This document shows, in pieces, positions 11,081 through 25,764 of a stretch of 64,000 bases of DNA. Made by a program: the position numbers and the translations under genes. Source of the DNA: Octopus vulgaris (Eukaryota); the NCBI GenBank assembly GCA_951406725.2, contig OX597818.1, positions 79,794,001-79,858,000 of the forward strand, read 5' to 3'. Under the pieces are notes generated by a model that did not search any database, was not told the DNA's origin, and was given only the letters and a program-made list of their open reading frames with translations. The stretch's first letter is position 1. Each line of letters opens with the position of its first letter.

Positions 11081-14000
11081 GTGTCAAACCGTATTCTCCA
11101 TCATTCACCAAAAACAAACTACAGAAAAAAGGCTGCAGCAAAATTCCCATAAACATTCACCCTTCCTATCTCTATCCATTCGGCCAATTACTTACATAAT
11201 CACAAACCTCATACTTTTTTTTATTCTCGTCCACACCGTTCTCTCAAAGATAGCATTCAATTTCTTCAACAAGTTGTATATAATTTCATTTTCTGATTTC
11301 TTAAATCGGCGAACGTTCTTGCCGCCAACATCCCCTTCATAATGATTCCTTTCCTCACTCTTTCTCTCCAACTCCGTCTCTTCCTTCCCCTCTCACACCA
11401 TTGTTTTGTTTCTCTATTTCTAATTTTTCCCTATTACAATGTATATAATCGTTGCATCGCAGTTTTTGTATGTATCAGGCATTTCTACTCTTAAACCTAA
11501 ATTCTAAATAGCTAGTCAATTGTTTATAATAAGTGTTTAAATCTTAAAATCAAAGTATTTATAAACTTTGCTTTCACCAAAATATAACACATTGTTTTCT
11601 TGAGCCTTAGGATTAATATGGCTGGTCACCTGTTTTTCCATCCGTATAAATTACCTAAATTAGAACACTCCTCCTGAATAGGATGACTGTCCATTGCAGG
11701 GCTCAAGGCCATCTTTTGAGGGAAGGCAATAAGTACTTGACTAGCATTTTATTTTATTGACCCCGACGGAACGAAAAGAAAAGCTGACCTCGACGAAATT
11801 TGAGCTCAGATCGTAAAGAGCCGGAAGAAATACCGCGAAGTACTTTGCCCGACGTGCTAATGATTCTTCCAGCTCGTCGCCTTATATAGATCTTATATTA
11901 GCCTATAATTTATAAGAAAGTTTTTAGTCGTATTTGAAAGGTAACAAGAAACTTGGAGTGAGAAATATGTATAGCAAACGGAACGAAAATTATGAAAATC
12001 AATGAAAGAAAGTGGAAGCGAAAAATGAAACAGATTTAATGGGGGAAAACGCTGAAAAAGAATTTGAAAGCAAAGAAGCTTAAGAGAGACTAATGAAGGA
12101 TGAAAACTAGATGAGACAGACAATATAGACGAATAGTATGGGAAGGGGAAGTTGAGTGACCAAAACATGGTAAAGAAATTAGAAAAGAATAGAACATTTT
12201 AAAGGCAATAAGTTGTGAACGAGAAATCAGTTGAAATATATAATTTTAAATAATAAGAAAGAAGATGGGATTGAGAAGGGAGATAAGAAAACTGAAAAAA
12301 GTCAAATCGAAAAGAAGCTTTACTTCTTAGTACATGGTTTTGAATTCAGTTCCTCTACATTGCACTTTGAGCAAACGTCTTCAACTGTAGCCCCGGATTT
12401 GTAAGTGGATTTCGTAGACGAAACTGGAAGAAGCCCGATGTACGTATGCGTGCGTGCACATGTTTTTGTATTTGTGTCTGTCTCCTACCTCGAATCTTTC
12501 AGCTTGACAAGCGGCATTGGTTTGTTTACATCCGCGTAACATTAGCATTTCAGCAGAAAGATAAATAGAATAGGTACCAGATTTCAAAAGCAAAAAGAAA
12601 AAAAACATAAATACTGGCCGATTTATTACTCTAAAAGCCTTCAAAGCGGTGCTCTAGCATGGCCACAGTCCAATGAGTGAAACAAGCGAAAGATAAAAGA
12701 TAATGACCAAAACTGTCGGCAACTAATTGGCTACATTTTATTTTAAATTGTAACTGCTTTGTCAGTAAGCCAGAAATTACGTGCAGGGCTTCAGATCTTG
12801 TACAGTCAAACAGGCTTCTTCTTTCTACATCTTTAGCACATTCATGAGATTAACAATGACCGGCTTTCAGTCAACCATGTATAAACACAGAAACCATCTT
12901 ATCGTTCTTTGCCTGTCAAGGCGCCATTATCTTTTTACTCCCAACCCGTGATAACTTGACTGTACGTATGCGTGTGTGCATGTGTGCATGAATGTGTGTG
13001 TGTGCTTGTATATATGTGACGGCGTGCGTGTGTGTGTTTTTGTATGCATGTATGTGTGTACCTGTGCATATGTGTGTGTGTGTGCATGAGATTATTGTGC
13101 GGTTGTGTATTTTATATGAATACATGTACGTTTCTTGCGTGTGTGTATGTGTTTATAGATTATTGAATTATGTGTATTTTATTGGAATGCATGTATGTGT
13201 GCGCGTGTGTGCGTACTTATAGCTGTATGTGTATATGTGTATGTGAGCGTATGTGTATGTGTGCATGTGAGTGTGTGTGTGTGTGTGTATGCGTGCATGT
13301 GTGTGTGCAGATTATTGAATGATGTGTATTTTATTTGAATATATGTATGTGTGCGCGTGTGTGCGTGCTTATAGATATATATATGTGCGTATGTGTGTGC
13401 CTGTGTGTGTGCGTGGGTTTGTGTGTCTGTATGTGTGTGCGAGTGTAGATTATCGTATGAGTGTTTAGTTTATTTGAAAACATGTATGCGTGTGTGTATG
13501 TATGTGCGTATGGGTGTGTGATATTTAGGGAGAGGGGCAATAGCATATTGTGTTTATATGGACGTTGTATGTGACTATATGTATGTATGCGTGTGAATAG
13601 GATATAAACGGTATGGATGTGAATGCGTATATGCATGTGTTGACTATTTATATGTATGTATATATGTGTGTGTATGTGTATGAGTATGTGTGCGTTCGCG
13701 TTTTTGTGTGTGTGTGTGTGCGTGCGTGCGTGTGTGTGTGCGCGCGCGTGTGTCTGTATTGTGTCTATATCCATGTTTGTATGTCAGCTGTAGAACAGAT
13801 ATACGGGTATCTTGGAAGTGAACACTTTAGCTTGGGTACATATTTAAATATGTACATATGCCACAATAATATTTACATATTTACACGCGATTTATACACA
13901 CATACACACACACACTCACACACACACACACACACTCACGCACACACACAAATACCCCAACACCCACTAGTGCTCGCACGCACGCAATATATATTCCTAT

Positions 14001-14425
14001 TTCCATTATCAAGATTCCGTATCATATTCGCTAAAGACACAACCGTTTGATTACAAAATCTTCCGTTGCTCTTGTAAGTCGTTACAGGAGTCTCCTTTAT
14101 CGAGACAGACATTCCACTATGTTATTTAAGTTCTTTAGTTTCTTTTAGCTTTAGCCATCACGCCCAAGACCAGGCTGTAGCACTGCCTTCAAAAACTATC
14201 TTCAGAAGTAAAATAAATATTACACTAAAGTCTGTTTTGGCTTTCTAAATTTGATGAATAGTCGTGCGGTAAAAGAGCTCACTTCGCAATTAAAGGCTTC
14301 GGGTCCGATACCCCAGCGGCAGAATCTTAGCCAAGCGTTTTCTACCAGAGACCTCGGTTGACTAATGCCACGTGGGTAGAATTCAGTCGACGGAAACTAT
14401 GCAGAAGCCCATATATATGTGTGTG

Positions 14426-14465
<40 letters not shown>

Positions 14466-14816
14466 CGCGGGATCATGTGCGTATAAATCTTTATCTTTTC
14501 TCTTTTAATTGTTTCAGTCAATGGACTGCCGCCATACTAGGGCACTACCTTCAACAGTTTAGTTGAACAAATTGATACCAGCACTTATTGTTTAAAGTCT
14601 CTCTGCCCTTTCTACCGAACAACTACGTTACGGGGACGTAAATAAACCAACATCGGTTGCCATGCGGTGGTAAGGAACAAAAACAAACATAAAGACACAC
14701 ACACACAGATATATACATGCATATGTACATACACGCACAGACATATATGTGTGTGCGTGTATATATATATATTTTTTTTAATTTCCTTTCTATCAACACT
14801 TCAAATGTAAAATTCT

Positions 14817-14907
14817 TCCCTGAAGACGGAGGCTGGTGTTATCCGATGATGGAATCAATTTACAATCATTATTTTCGACCACATAGCCCCCAGAAACAGC
14901 CGTTGGA
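14817..14907 (+). ncRNA. Minimal hammerhead motif with extended stem II
   Basis: tcc-CTGAAGA-C-GGAGGCTG...TAGCCCCC-A-GAAAC-AGCC-GTT-gga; lies next to a (TA)n tract. Confidence 0.6.
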
Positions 14908-15631
14908 CTCGAAAAACTCTTATTCAACCCCTTTAATTCCTGATATGATTTCTATTCCGTGTAAGTCGGACCTTTTCAAATGTAAGCATATGTACATTTT
15001 GTGTATTATATGTTTAAGGATCTAATTTGAACCTGCATGAGATTTGAAACCAAATCCACCTGCTAGTTGCTTGTCAAAACGAGCGGGAATTTCCTCTCCA
15101 CAAAAGATGATTGATGGGGAAATATTCCCCCCTTAGGACCTGTGCTGGTCAAGAAAAGGTCAGTCCTTTGTTTAAGGTTTGACTACATTACTGACCATAG
15201 TCTATATAACAGAGGGAATTTTCTATCTCTTCCTCTTTTGTGCCAGCCAGACCAAAGAGCAACACCTACTTTTGCGTCAGTCTTAACCAAGAGCAGCACT
15301 TTCCTTCGTCTTTCGCTCGATATGCGAAGTGAGGCTTTCGACCGCAAGAAAGGCGATGCAGCCTTAATCCTTTCTTCCTATCTAGTCAGCACCATTCATT
15401 CCTTACTCTTTCACTCTTTACTGACAGACAATCTTTTTCTATACTATCAACTACTAACCAGCGAGCCATCCTTGTTGTCACTATCACTAGAGTTGTTACT
15501 GTCTCTTTAACTACCCTACATTTACTTCTATACCTACTCAAGTTTAAATCTCACGAGCATTACTAAATGTATTCTATAAGGAGAAACATGTCATTTGCAT
15601 ATATATATATTTATATATATATATACATACA

Positions 15632-15663
<32 letters not shown>

Positions 15664-16869
15664 CATACATACATATGCATATATATACATAGATATATTC
15701 ACACACATAAACACATATATGTATGTGAACGTGTTTATGTGTGCGTGTAGGTGTGTGTGTCTGTATCTTTGCGCGTGTTTGTGCGTGTGTGCAAGACTGA
15801 GTATCAGCAAATGATATGCTTCAAATTTTGGCACAAGGCCAGAAATTTTTGTAGTAGGCAAGTCGATTACATCAACCCCAGTGTTTAACTGTTACTTATT
15901 CTATCCACCCCGAAATGAAAGGTAAAGTCGACCTCGGTGGAATTTGAAGTCAGATCGTAAAAACGGACGAAATGCCGCTAAGCATTTTCTCCAGCTTCCT
16001 TAACGATCCTGCCACCTCGCCGCCTTAATCAGTAAATGATATATACATCGGTGAGAAAATTTGCCGATACCAGCCGCCACCACCGCGTTCAAACAAAAAT
16101 ACTGCGTGGTATTTATTCCAATAAATTTCTACAGACACTCTCTTGTCGCTCACTATTAACAACAGAAATACAGTGAGAAGCAACGATTGGTCAGTAGGGA
16201 AACTATAACCAATGGCATTATCGTTCACAGAATGCATGATATTTTTAAAAATACATGAAACTCGGTAGACAGGGTTCTAAGTTAACTGCAGTACTGCGCA
16301 CGTTTTGAACTGTCTCTGGATTCAAATTTCATTAAATGTATAATCAGTGTTTGTTTAACTCTGGTTACCATCATATCAAGAATAAATATATCAAAGCTAT
16401 ATATAAAAAGGGTAAAATGATAGTGTTGTTAAACCAGTTGTGACGAGAACTTAACGAAGTTTGAAACGTAGTAACTTCATTGTACTAACGAAAATATACA
16501 GTTATATCGCCTAACTTTCATTCCACACTAAAAGACATGTTGTATCATATACATATGCACATGCATATAAATACCAACATACATATATCTATACGCGCGC
16601 ACACACACACACACATATACATATATATTTATAAACATATACGTATATATACATATATACATATATGATACACATACATATTTACATATATTTATATATG
16701 TATATATGTATATGTGCGTGTGCACACGCGTATATATGCATATACATACATACATACATATATATACATTCATACATACACGCGCACAGAGACGCATACT
16801 GCACATATACACGCACTCTCATACACTCTCATATATATGTACTCATATATATACATATATATATATATC

Positions 16870-16904
<35 letters not shown>

Positions 16905-16935
16905 ATATGTGCATATATATATATATATATATGTG

Positions 16936-16976
<41 letters not shown>

Positions 16977-17217
16977 TAGTGTGTGTAGGTGTATTAGTAA
17001 TTTATTACTAATTCTCAACCCAACACTGCCATGTTAAATTAACTCACCCACGTGTGAGTATTACACTTCTATTTAGCTATGAGTTGTTCATTCTTGGTGA
17101 CACGGTGAACGAGGTTAAATAAACTCCATCAACAACGAAACGAAGGTCAAAGTGACAGAAAGTTAGAGGCCCATTTTTTGTCACACACACATGCTCACAC
17201 ACAAACATTCGCATATT

Positions 17218-17299
<82 letters not shown>

Positions 17300-17301
<2 letters not shown>

Positions 17302-18125
17302 GAGATGTAGTCAAAAAATATCCGACCTTGATTTTTTTTTTTTTTGCACAAAATAATGCGTGAGCAAAATCCGTATGGATATTAGATGGCCGCGTTCTTC
17401 CTGAGCCTGAGCAAAGTTTTTCGTGTCTGTAGATTACGCCATTCGCCGCAGTGATGAGTTGTGTACAGACATGAAGAGCGAATTTTCTTTTTGAGTCAAG
17501 ATGACCGACCTCATTAAGCAAAGGTGCTGTATCAAATTCAGCCAAAAACTTGATGATACGAAAGCCCCGACTATGGAGGAGATTCAGAAGGCTTTTCGAG
17601 ATGATGCTTTGGGAAAAACAGAAATAAAGGCGTGATACAAATGGTTTAAAGATGGCCGCACCTCAGTAGACAGTGAGCCACATTGTGGCCAGACAATTAA
17701 CAATGAATACTACCTGGGAGTTATTCGTTACCTTCGTGAAGCTGTGCGGCGAAAACGACCTGATATATGGGCAGCAAAGAACTGGAAACTCCATCATGAC
17801 AACGCAGCTACTCATTCTACCAACGTCGTCCAAGCATTCCGCCTCGAGCAAAACTCACCACTTGTTTGTCGGGCTTCCTACTCCCCAGATTTGGCTTGAT
17901 GTAACTTTTGGCTATTCCCAAAGCTCAGAAAAACACTCGAAGGTAGAAGATTTGAGTCAACAGAGGACATTAAGCAAAATTCGACAGCACACATCTACAG
18001 CATCCCAAAAAGTGACTTCCAGAAATGTTTCCAGCAGTGGCAGGAACGCTAGCAAGGGTGTGAAGACTCCCAAAGCGAATACTTTGAAGCACACTAAATC
18101 AAAATGCTGAGTTTTTTAATATCAC
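17300..18125 (+). mobile_element. Internally deleted mariner (DD34D) transposon fossil
   Basis: TACGAG-type terminus, WFKDGRTSV, LREAVRRKRPDIW..WKLHHDNA and PYSPDLA.C.FWLFPKL motifs across frames. Confidence 0.88.
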
Positions 18126-20083
18126 TAGTATTATATATATATATATATATACATGTTCATGCCATGGCTTATTATTCCGTATTTAATGCGTCCAGTATTT
18201 GAAAACGCCAGAAACGCTGGTGCAATAGTTTCGAACAGTGAGGATGAGTTGCTCAGTACTGCAAATCGTGGGTAAATATTCTTTATTTGTGGATTAACAA
18301 GGCTGCCAGTGGTTTCATGTGGAAGGAGTTTCCACAATTTTCAAGCGATCCAGAGAAAATATTGGTCGTCGCTTCATACATACATATATACATACACGAA
18401 ATGTGCGTATTTATATCTTTACATATATGTATGTGTGTGTTTGCGTGTATACGTATGTATATCACTCACACACACATGTCATCTCCCAGTGGAAACTTAT
18501 TGTAAAGCAGATAATCATGTTTTCATAATATTAGGATTTAAATGCAGGAATTATAAGGAAAACGATGCATAAAATTCACATATTAATTGTCTTTTTACTC
18601 ATCACAAACTTCGTAATATTATTAGTGTGTGGCAATCTCATTCTTTTTAGAAATCGTCAGTATGATATAACTTTGGTTATATTTATTAAACAACTTATGA
18701 AGCAAGATACTACTTATAAACCGAAAATAATTAGTTTAAAATACATTCAAGGAACGGGTGTCTGTCTTTTTTATTTCTTCACAGAGCATTCGTAGATTAT
18801 CAATCGAGAGAAATGAAAAGCAGAAGAGTTAAACTTCTTAGTATCTGCATGCATAATATATATACATACATGCACACACACGCGCGCGCACACAATCACA
18901 TTGGATATTATAAAGAAATTATTACCACCCTTGTAATAACAGCTCATAATGGGATAATACGTGGTTTGAAAAACTAACCGTTAATTCGAATACACTCTGT
19001 TGAAATCGATGACGATCTTTAAGTCGCTTCTTCCTCTACGTAACATATCATTATTATTTTGATTTTGCCGCTTGAAACCAACATCTACATCTCAAAAAAT
19101 GTATTAAAACAGCTTCTGAATTTTGTTTGGGGCTAAAACTAAAATCATAAGTGCTACAAGACACCTTCACAATATAGAATGTCTTTAAGCATACATCTGC
19201 TGAACCCGTTCCATCATTTTAGGGATATTTAAGGGAAAAAATTATCAAATGTGTACTTCTTATTTTTATAGACTATACTGTGATTTTAGGGATATTCTAC
19301 TATTAATTTATGTAGGCTTAGTGACCATTGCAATGGCTCTCTTTCTGGAGAAGGTAACAGAGAGAAGCTGAATACTATTTGTTAGTATTACAATTGGTAT
19401 AGGAGTTATATATTGTTTTCAACTAAAATGCAAGGTAAAAATGACTTCCATATCTCACCGAAGCGGTTCGACAGACATTTCGTTTGGATAAAATACTGAG
19501 ATTCTACACTTGTATTACTAAGTCGAGGGTGGTTTTAGCAGCATTATAGGCGCCCGGGCAAATCAATGCACTGGGCCCTATAGCATGTAGTTATTGACTG
19601 CAAGCCACAACATACAAAGATCAGGATTGGGCCCCTTGACCCATGGGGTCAACTGCCCAGTGTCCACGCCTTAAGACGACGCTGATTTAGTCCTTTATTA
19701 CCTAACAGTACTCGTTGATTTTAAGGCTTGTCAGGCTTCTCACAAACGCTGAATATGTGAGCTACATTAGTTTCAAATTTCTGCACTAGGCCAGCAATTT
19801 CGAGGGAGGGGTAAGTCGATTACATTGACCTCAGCGTTCGATTGGCACTTACTTTATTGACCCCCGAAGAGATGAAAGGCAAAGTCGACTTCGGTGGAGT
19901 TTGAACTCAGAAAGTGAAGACGAACTAAATGCTACAAAGCATTTTGCCAGGCTTGCTCACGATTCTGCCAGCTCGTCATCTTCAGTATGTGAGTTATGTT
20001 AATATTGATTGTGTCATGTTTAGTGATAATGATATATAATATAAAGAGAGTAGTGCTATCGATTAAATTCCCACCTTCTAGTA

Positions 20084-20594
20084 CAGAGGTTCTCAACCCG
20101 GGTCCACATGGCCTTTAGGAGCCCATATAAGATTTTACTGTTAAAAGATGTTACTGTTAAATGCGCAAGAAATTGGTTATACTTCTACAGGACACAAAAT
20201 ATGTTAACCATTTTTCTTTTTCATGCAAATCCTAATATTTAATTATAAAAACATAATGGCACTTTATTTTAACATCTATTGGCGAGCTGGCAGAATCGTT
20301 AGCACGCCGGACGAAATGCTTAGCGGTGTTTCGTCTGCCGCTACGTTCTGAGTTCAAATTCCGCCGAGGTTGACTTTACCTTTCATCCTTTTCGGGGTCG
20401 ATTAATAAGTACCAGTTACACACTGGGGTCGATATAATCCAATTAATTCTTTTGTCTGTTCTTGTTTGTCCTCTTTATGTTTAACCCCCTGTGGGCAATA
20501 AAGAAATATAAAAAAAATTAACATATAATACATATTGGGGATCCAGTAGAAGAATTAAAGGGATCCATAGACAAAAAATGATTGAGAACAACTG
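20084..20594. mobile_element. hAT/Charlie-like MITE with a family-B SINE nested at 20279-20507
   Basis: Ends CAGAGGTTCTCAAC / TTGAGAACAACTG; imperfect 8-bp TSD TTCTAGTA / CTCTATTA. Confidence 0.7.
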
Positions 20595-21619
20595 CTCTAT
20601 TATGTAAGTGACATTCGTTTTATCGACCCTGCTATGATGAAAAACCCTCGTTGAAATCAAAATATAAGTAGAAAGGTTTGACGAAATATCGCCGGTCAAT
20701 GTTCTTCAATGTTATATTTTTTAATTTTTTTATTTTTCCTTATTCATAATATTTTTCTTATTTATTACTCAAGTACGACGGTCAGCGAAAAAATTGTTAA
20801 CGCGTGAGACAAAACGCTTAGCGATATTTCATCCGGATCATCTTGTTTTCAGTTGAAATCCCGCCGAGGTTGACTTTGCCTTTTGGATTTGATAAAATAG
20901 ATACCAATGGAGCACTAGAGTAGATATACTCGACCTTCTCTTTTAAATGCTGGCTTTGTGCCAAGATTAGAAAGGATATTATTTGCTCAAGGAAAGTAGG
21001 GTAGCGCACGTGACCGTTACAGAACTTTTTCCTAGAATAATCATTATCACCATCATCAATAACTAAACATTACTGTCTCGAGTCCTAAGTGACCGAAATC
21101 CTAATATTCCTCTTGGATGGGACATCAGTCTGCCGAATCGAAACCAGGATCTTGCGATCGGGAGTGCAACATCCTAAACACTAGACCACGCGCTTTCACT
21201 CCTCGTAGAATGGCACATGACCAGGGTGAGGGTTGAAATCGGAATCTAGATAAAGTCAAATGACTCTAAAGACATTCAAGTACTTTGCGCGCTACTCATG
21301 TTGACATCCATTGCCGTCAAAAGGAATTAAAGTGTCTTAATTTTCTTGCAGTATAGGTTAATGCTGTGAAGGGAGACAACTGGTGCTTACATACTGTAAA
21401 TAGAACTGTTCTTATAAGAGCGAGTATTAGGAAATATATGCATAGCCATTATTTTGAATTTATATTTCATATTATAAACATATAGTTCCTGATTCTGTGG
21501 GGTACACTAGGTATGTAAGGTGGGCGGGGAGGGAATCATAAACATGTTGTAAATAACAAGTTAGGTCATTTTTGTATGTAAATATTAATGTATGTATGTA
21601 TGTATGTATGTATGTATGT

Positions 21620-21740
<121 letters not shown>

Positions 21741-21741
21741 C

Positions 21742-21774
<33 letters not shown>

Positions 21775-22820
21775 CATTTTAGCAATAGTTTTAAAAAGAA
21801 GTTCATCATCCTTGAATTCATATCACTATAGAAATACAAATATGTGTGTGTGTGTGTGTGTGTGTATGTGTGTGTGTGTGTGTACGTGTGTGTATCTGCA
21901 TGTGTGTGCGTGTACGTGTGTGTATCTGTGTGTGAATGTCTGTGCATGTGCGTCTAAGTGTGTATCTCCATGTGTGCGTGCGTGTGTTTATCTGTGTTTA
22001 TGCATGTGTGTATTTATGCGTGCGTCTGTATGTGTGTGTGTGAGTTTCATACAGAGGAAGATAATAAGTAAATGCACGAATAAAACATAGTTATCTAAGT
22101 GACATCTGTTCCTTTTTGTTCCTTTTTATGTTTAGTTGTATATCTTCCATCATTTACTTGTTGCAGTCACTGGACTGCAGCCACTTCGGACGAATCGATT
22201 GCAGTACTTTTTTTTTATTTTTTTAACCGGGTAGTTATTCTATCGTTCTCTCGCTGAACTACCAAGTAACGGAGACGTAAACAAACCAGAACCGGTTGTC
22301 AAGCGATGGTTTGGGATGAACAGAAACTCCAAAACACACTATGTATGTGTGTGTGTCTTTGTGTTTGTCTCCGATCACCGCTTGATAACCGGTGTTTGCG
22401 TGTCTACGTCCCCCCGTAACTTAGCGGTTCAGCAAAAGAGACTGATAGAATAAGTACTAGGTCTTAAAAATAAACTTTGGGGTCGATTTGTTTGGCTAAA
22501 ATCTCTCAAGACGGTGCTCTAGCATCGCCGCAGTCAAATGACTGAAACAAGTGAAAGATACAAGAACTTAAAAGAATGTATGTATGTATGTATGTATGTA
22601 TGTATGTATGTATGTATGTATGTATGTATGTATGTATGTATGTATGTATGTATGTATGTATGCGACGGGTTTCTTTCAGTTTGCGTCTACCAAATCCACT
22701 CACAAAACTATAGTAGAAGACATCTACCGAAAGTGTCACGAAGTGGAACTGAACCTAGAACATTGATGTTGGCACACAAATTACTTAACAGCCTGAAAAT
22801 AACAGTAGTAAAGTTTTAGC

Positions 22821-22888
<68 letters not shown>

Positions 22889-22982
22889 AACTTACTTAGA
22901 AAAGGATGCGTGGCGTTCGATCATATAATAATATAAATAATATATAAATATATGCATATATACACACATATATGTACATACT

Positions 22983-23052
<70 letters not shown>

Positions 23053-23514
23053 CATACATACATATATGGGTAAATGACATAGAAAAAACGTAGACGAAAT
23101 GAGAAACGAGAATGTAAAAAACAAAAGCATAGAAAACGAACTTTTGTTCGCACGAGAAAATCAAACAGAAAAACGAGACATGCAACATAAAGAAATTCCC
23201 TTCATCAGTTGTCCCCTGTTTTATCTACTCCGCGTCTCGAAGTTAAAGACAAGACGCGACTTCGTTAAAACAGTCCTTCCCGCAAAGCAAATTAATTTAA
23301 AATCTGTGCTTTTTTGCGGAGGGTAATAAAAACAGGGCAGTGAGAACAAAACAGTAACGGTGAGGGTTGTTAAGCCAAGACGATGTGAAGTGGTGAACAC
23401 AGGAAAAACAAACTTTGAAAAGAGACAGATAAACGGCGTTCGATGCTTCCTAGGGCTATACAGCGGTGGTGTACCCCCTACTGTCACGTTCTTGTTAGAT
23501 TGACAGTATACAAC

Positions 23515-23556
<42 letters not shown>

Positions 23557-24138
23557 GCACGCACATATTTGAGTTCACACACGTGAGTAAAACTTCTTAA
23601 TAAGGAGAGATTAATTATTATTGATTCATTTGAAGCTAATGATTAATTTTCATAAATCAGTTTCCATGGAAGGAAAGACGGAAGTCTATTACTTGGACAT
23701 ATTTTCTACACCCTCCACCAAAATCCCCTTATTCAAGTTTCATAACACTTTATGGGATCGTTAGATTCTTAAAGCGGCGTGATTCATTTAGCTAGGAACT
23801 AAGTTATATTACCATGTGCTGTTCTATCATAACATGGACGTATTCATTACCATAATTAACATTATCATTTACCATCAACATCATTATCTTTTTGCCCATC
23901 ACCGACACTACCACCACCATCATTATCACCATCATCATTAACACAACCATCGATGCCGTTGCTAACAGATATATCACACACACACACACACACGCATACT
24001 CACGCAACTATAGGTGTGCATGTGTGTGTATGCGCGCGCGTGTGTACATAGGTATTTAGAAACTGCAGAGGATTGAAGCAAATAAGTGTGTGTGTGTATT
24101 TATTTATTTAATTATTCATATATATACATTTACATATC

Positions 24139-24294
24139 TATACGAGAAGAAAATGGATGTAAATAACAAGGGGAAACACGTCGTTTTCCCTGGCATACCT
24201 TTAATTTCTTCTTTGTTATCTAATTACATTAAAGGCATACCAGCGAAAACTACGAGTTTCCCCTTATTATTTACATCCATTTTCTTCTCGTATA
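24139..24294. repeat. Inverted repeat, ~67-bp arms (24139-24205 / 24228-24294)
   Basis: TATACGAGAAGAAAATGGATGTAAATAA... pairs with ...TTATTTACATCCATTTTCTTCTCGTATA. Confidence 0.9.
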
Positions 24295-24509
24295 TAACCT
24301 CACTACGGTCTACCAACCAAACTACCTGTTACCGTACAACTTTTTAAAAGACTTTGGACTTAATTATCCCTTAGAGGTATTAAACTCCTCTAACTGATAC
24401 CTATATTTACATATACATACATACCAGGTCTTCCAGTCGCCATGATAGATCTTTATCCACTACACGCATTTTTTCTCTCCCTGTTTATCTCCTTGTTTTA
24501 TTTCTGTCC

Positions 24510-24545
24510 CTTTCTGTAGAAGAGCATAGGCTCGAAACGTAAAAG
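24510..24545 (+). ncRNA. Ultra-minimal hammerhead-like motif (CUGUAGA core variant)
   Basis: cttt-CTGTAGA-A-GAGC-atag-GCTC-GAAA-CG-TA-aaag; stems I and II pair perfectly; element runs into (TA)n at ~24636. Confidence 0.6.
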
Positions 24546-24632
24546 ACTTTTTCTATTCCTGAGCGTTATATTAATACATCTGTTTGTTTTGTACACCACC
24601 TGTCTTCGTCTTTTGTTTTTTCCATAAAATCT

Positions 24633-24726
<94 letters not shown>

Positions 24727-24728
24727 AT

Positions 24729-24820
<92 letters not shown>

Positions 24821-25030
24821 TATATATATAACATATATATACATATATAAGTGTGTGTGTGTGCCAGTTGAGCGCTGGGGTCAATGTAATCGCCTAACCT
24901 TCCCTCCCCACAAATTCCAGGTGTTGTGCCTATAGTAGAAAGGGTTATTTGCTATCCATGTGGAAATCCTCAAACTTAGTTCGAAAAGGTGGTTCACGAG
25001 GACACACCTAGTGTTGTTATCCTTGTCATA

Positions 25031-25764
25031 TACGACGTGGTATCAAATGCTTCCAGGACTAATTATGTTTAATCAAAAATAACTTATTTACCTAAGTTTT
25101 AACATCATCGCCTTCGAAATAATCACCTTGCAGAGCAATACACCGATCCCAGCGTTCCTGTCACTTTTGGAATCCAGCCTGAGATTTGTTTTCCGTAGGC
25201 GAGTCGGGGACCTTCTGCGATTCGTTCTGGATCTCAACAACAGTGTTAAAACGGCGACCTTTCAGTTGCATTTTCATCTTGGGGAAGAGATGGAAGTCCG
25301 CAGATGCTAAATCTGGTGAATAGAACGGATGCGGAAGTGATACCATGTTGTGTTTGCCAAGAAACTCACGAGTGAGGAGAGCTTGGTGACAGAGCGCATT
25401 GCCGTCGCGAAGGATCTAATACTTCGCACTCCTCAGATCCAGTGGCTTTCAACCGAATGTCCTCCCTCAAACGCTTCAAAACGGCGCAGTAGAACTTTCG
25501 GTTAACGGTCTGGCCCTGGAGAACGAATACTCGATACACAATACCACATTTCTGGGGTTGACGCTGGCGACAGGTCTTCCAGATTGTCCATCGTTTTCTA
25601 GGGACCTTCTTCTGCTTCGTCGCCGTAAGCTTACCGAGGTATGCTCAATGTCTCTGTAGCAGACTTCCCAGGTTTAACGAAAAATTTCGCGTTAGCTCTC
25701 ACTGCGCACGCTCTCATCGGGTGCGCTACAGACCAAACACGGGAACTTTTAGATACAACCTCAT
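25031..25764 (-). mobile_element. Mariner (DD34D) fossil with both degenerate TIRs, internally deleted
   Basis: HPFYSPDLASADFHLFPKMKMQLKGRRF (ORF 25161-25346); ends TACGACGTGGTATCAAA / TTTAGATACAACCTCATA. Confidence 0.85.

Noticed and set aside
15142-15510. 122-aa non-repetitive ORF
   Set aside because: No ATG start, no recognisable motif and no convincing splice sites; probably an unclassified repeat.
18565-18640. MHKIHILIVFLLITNF.. as possible signal-peptide exon for the 36627 exon
   Set aside because: The best donor (TTC|GTAATA) is phase 0, but the 36627 exon needs phase 1; hydrophobicity is explained by T-richness.
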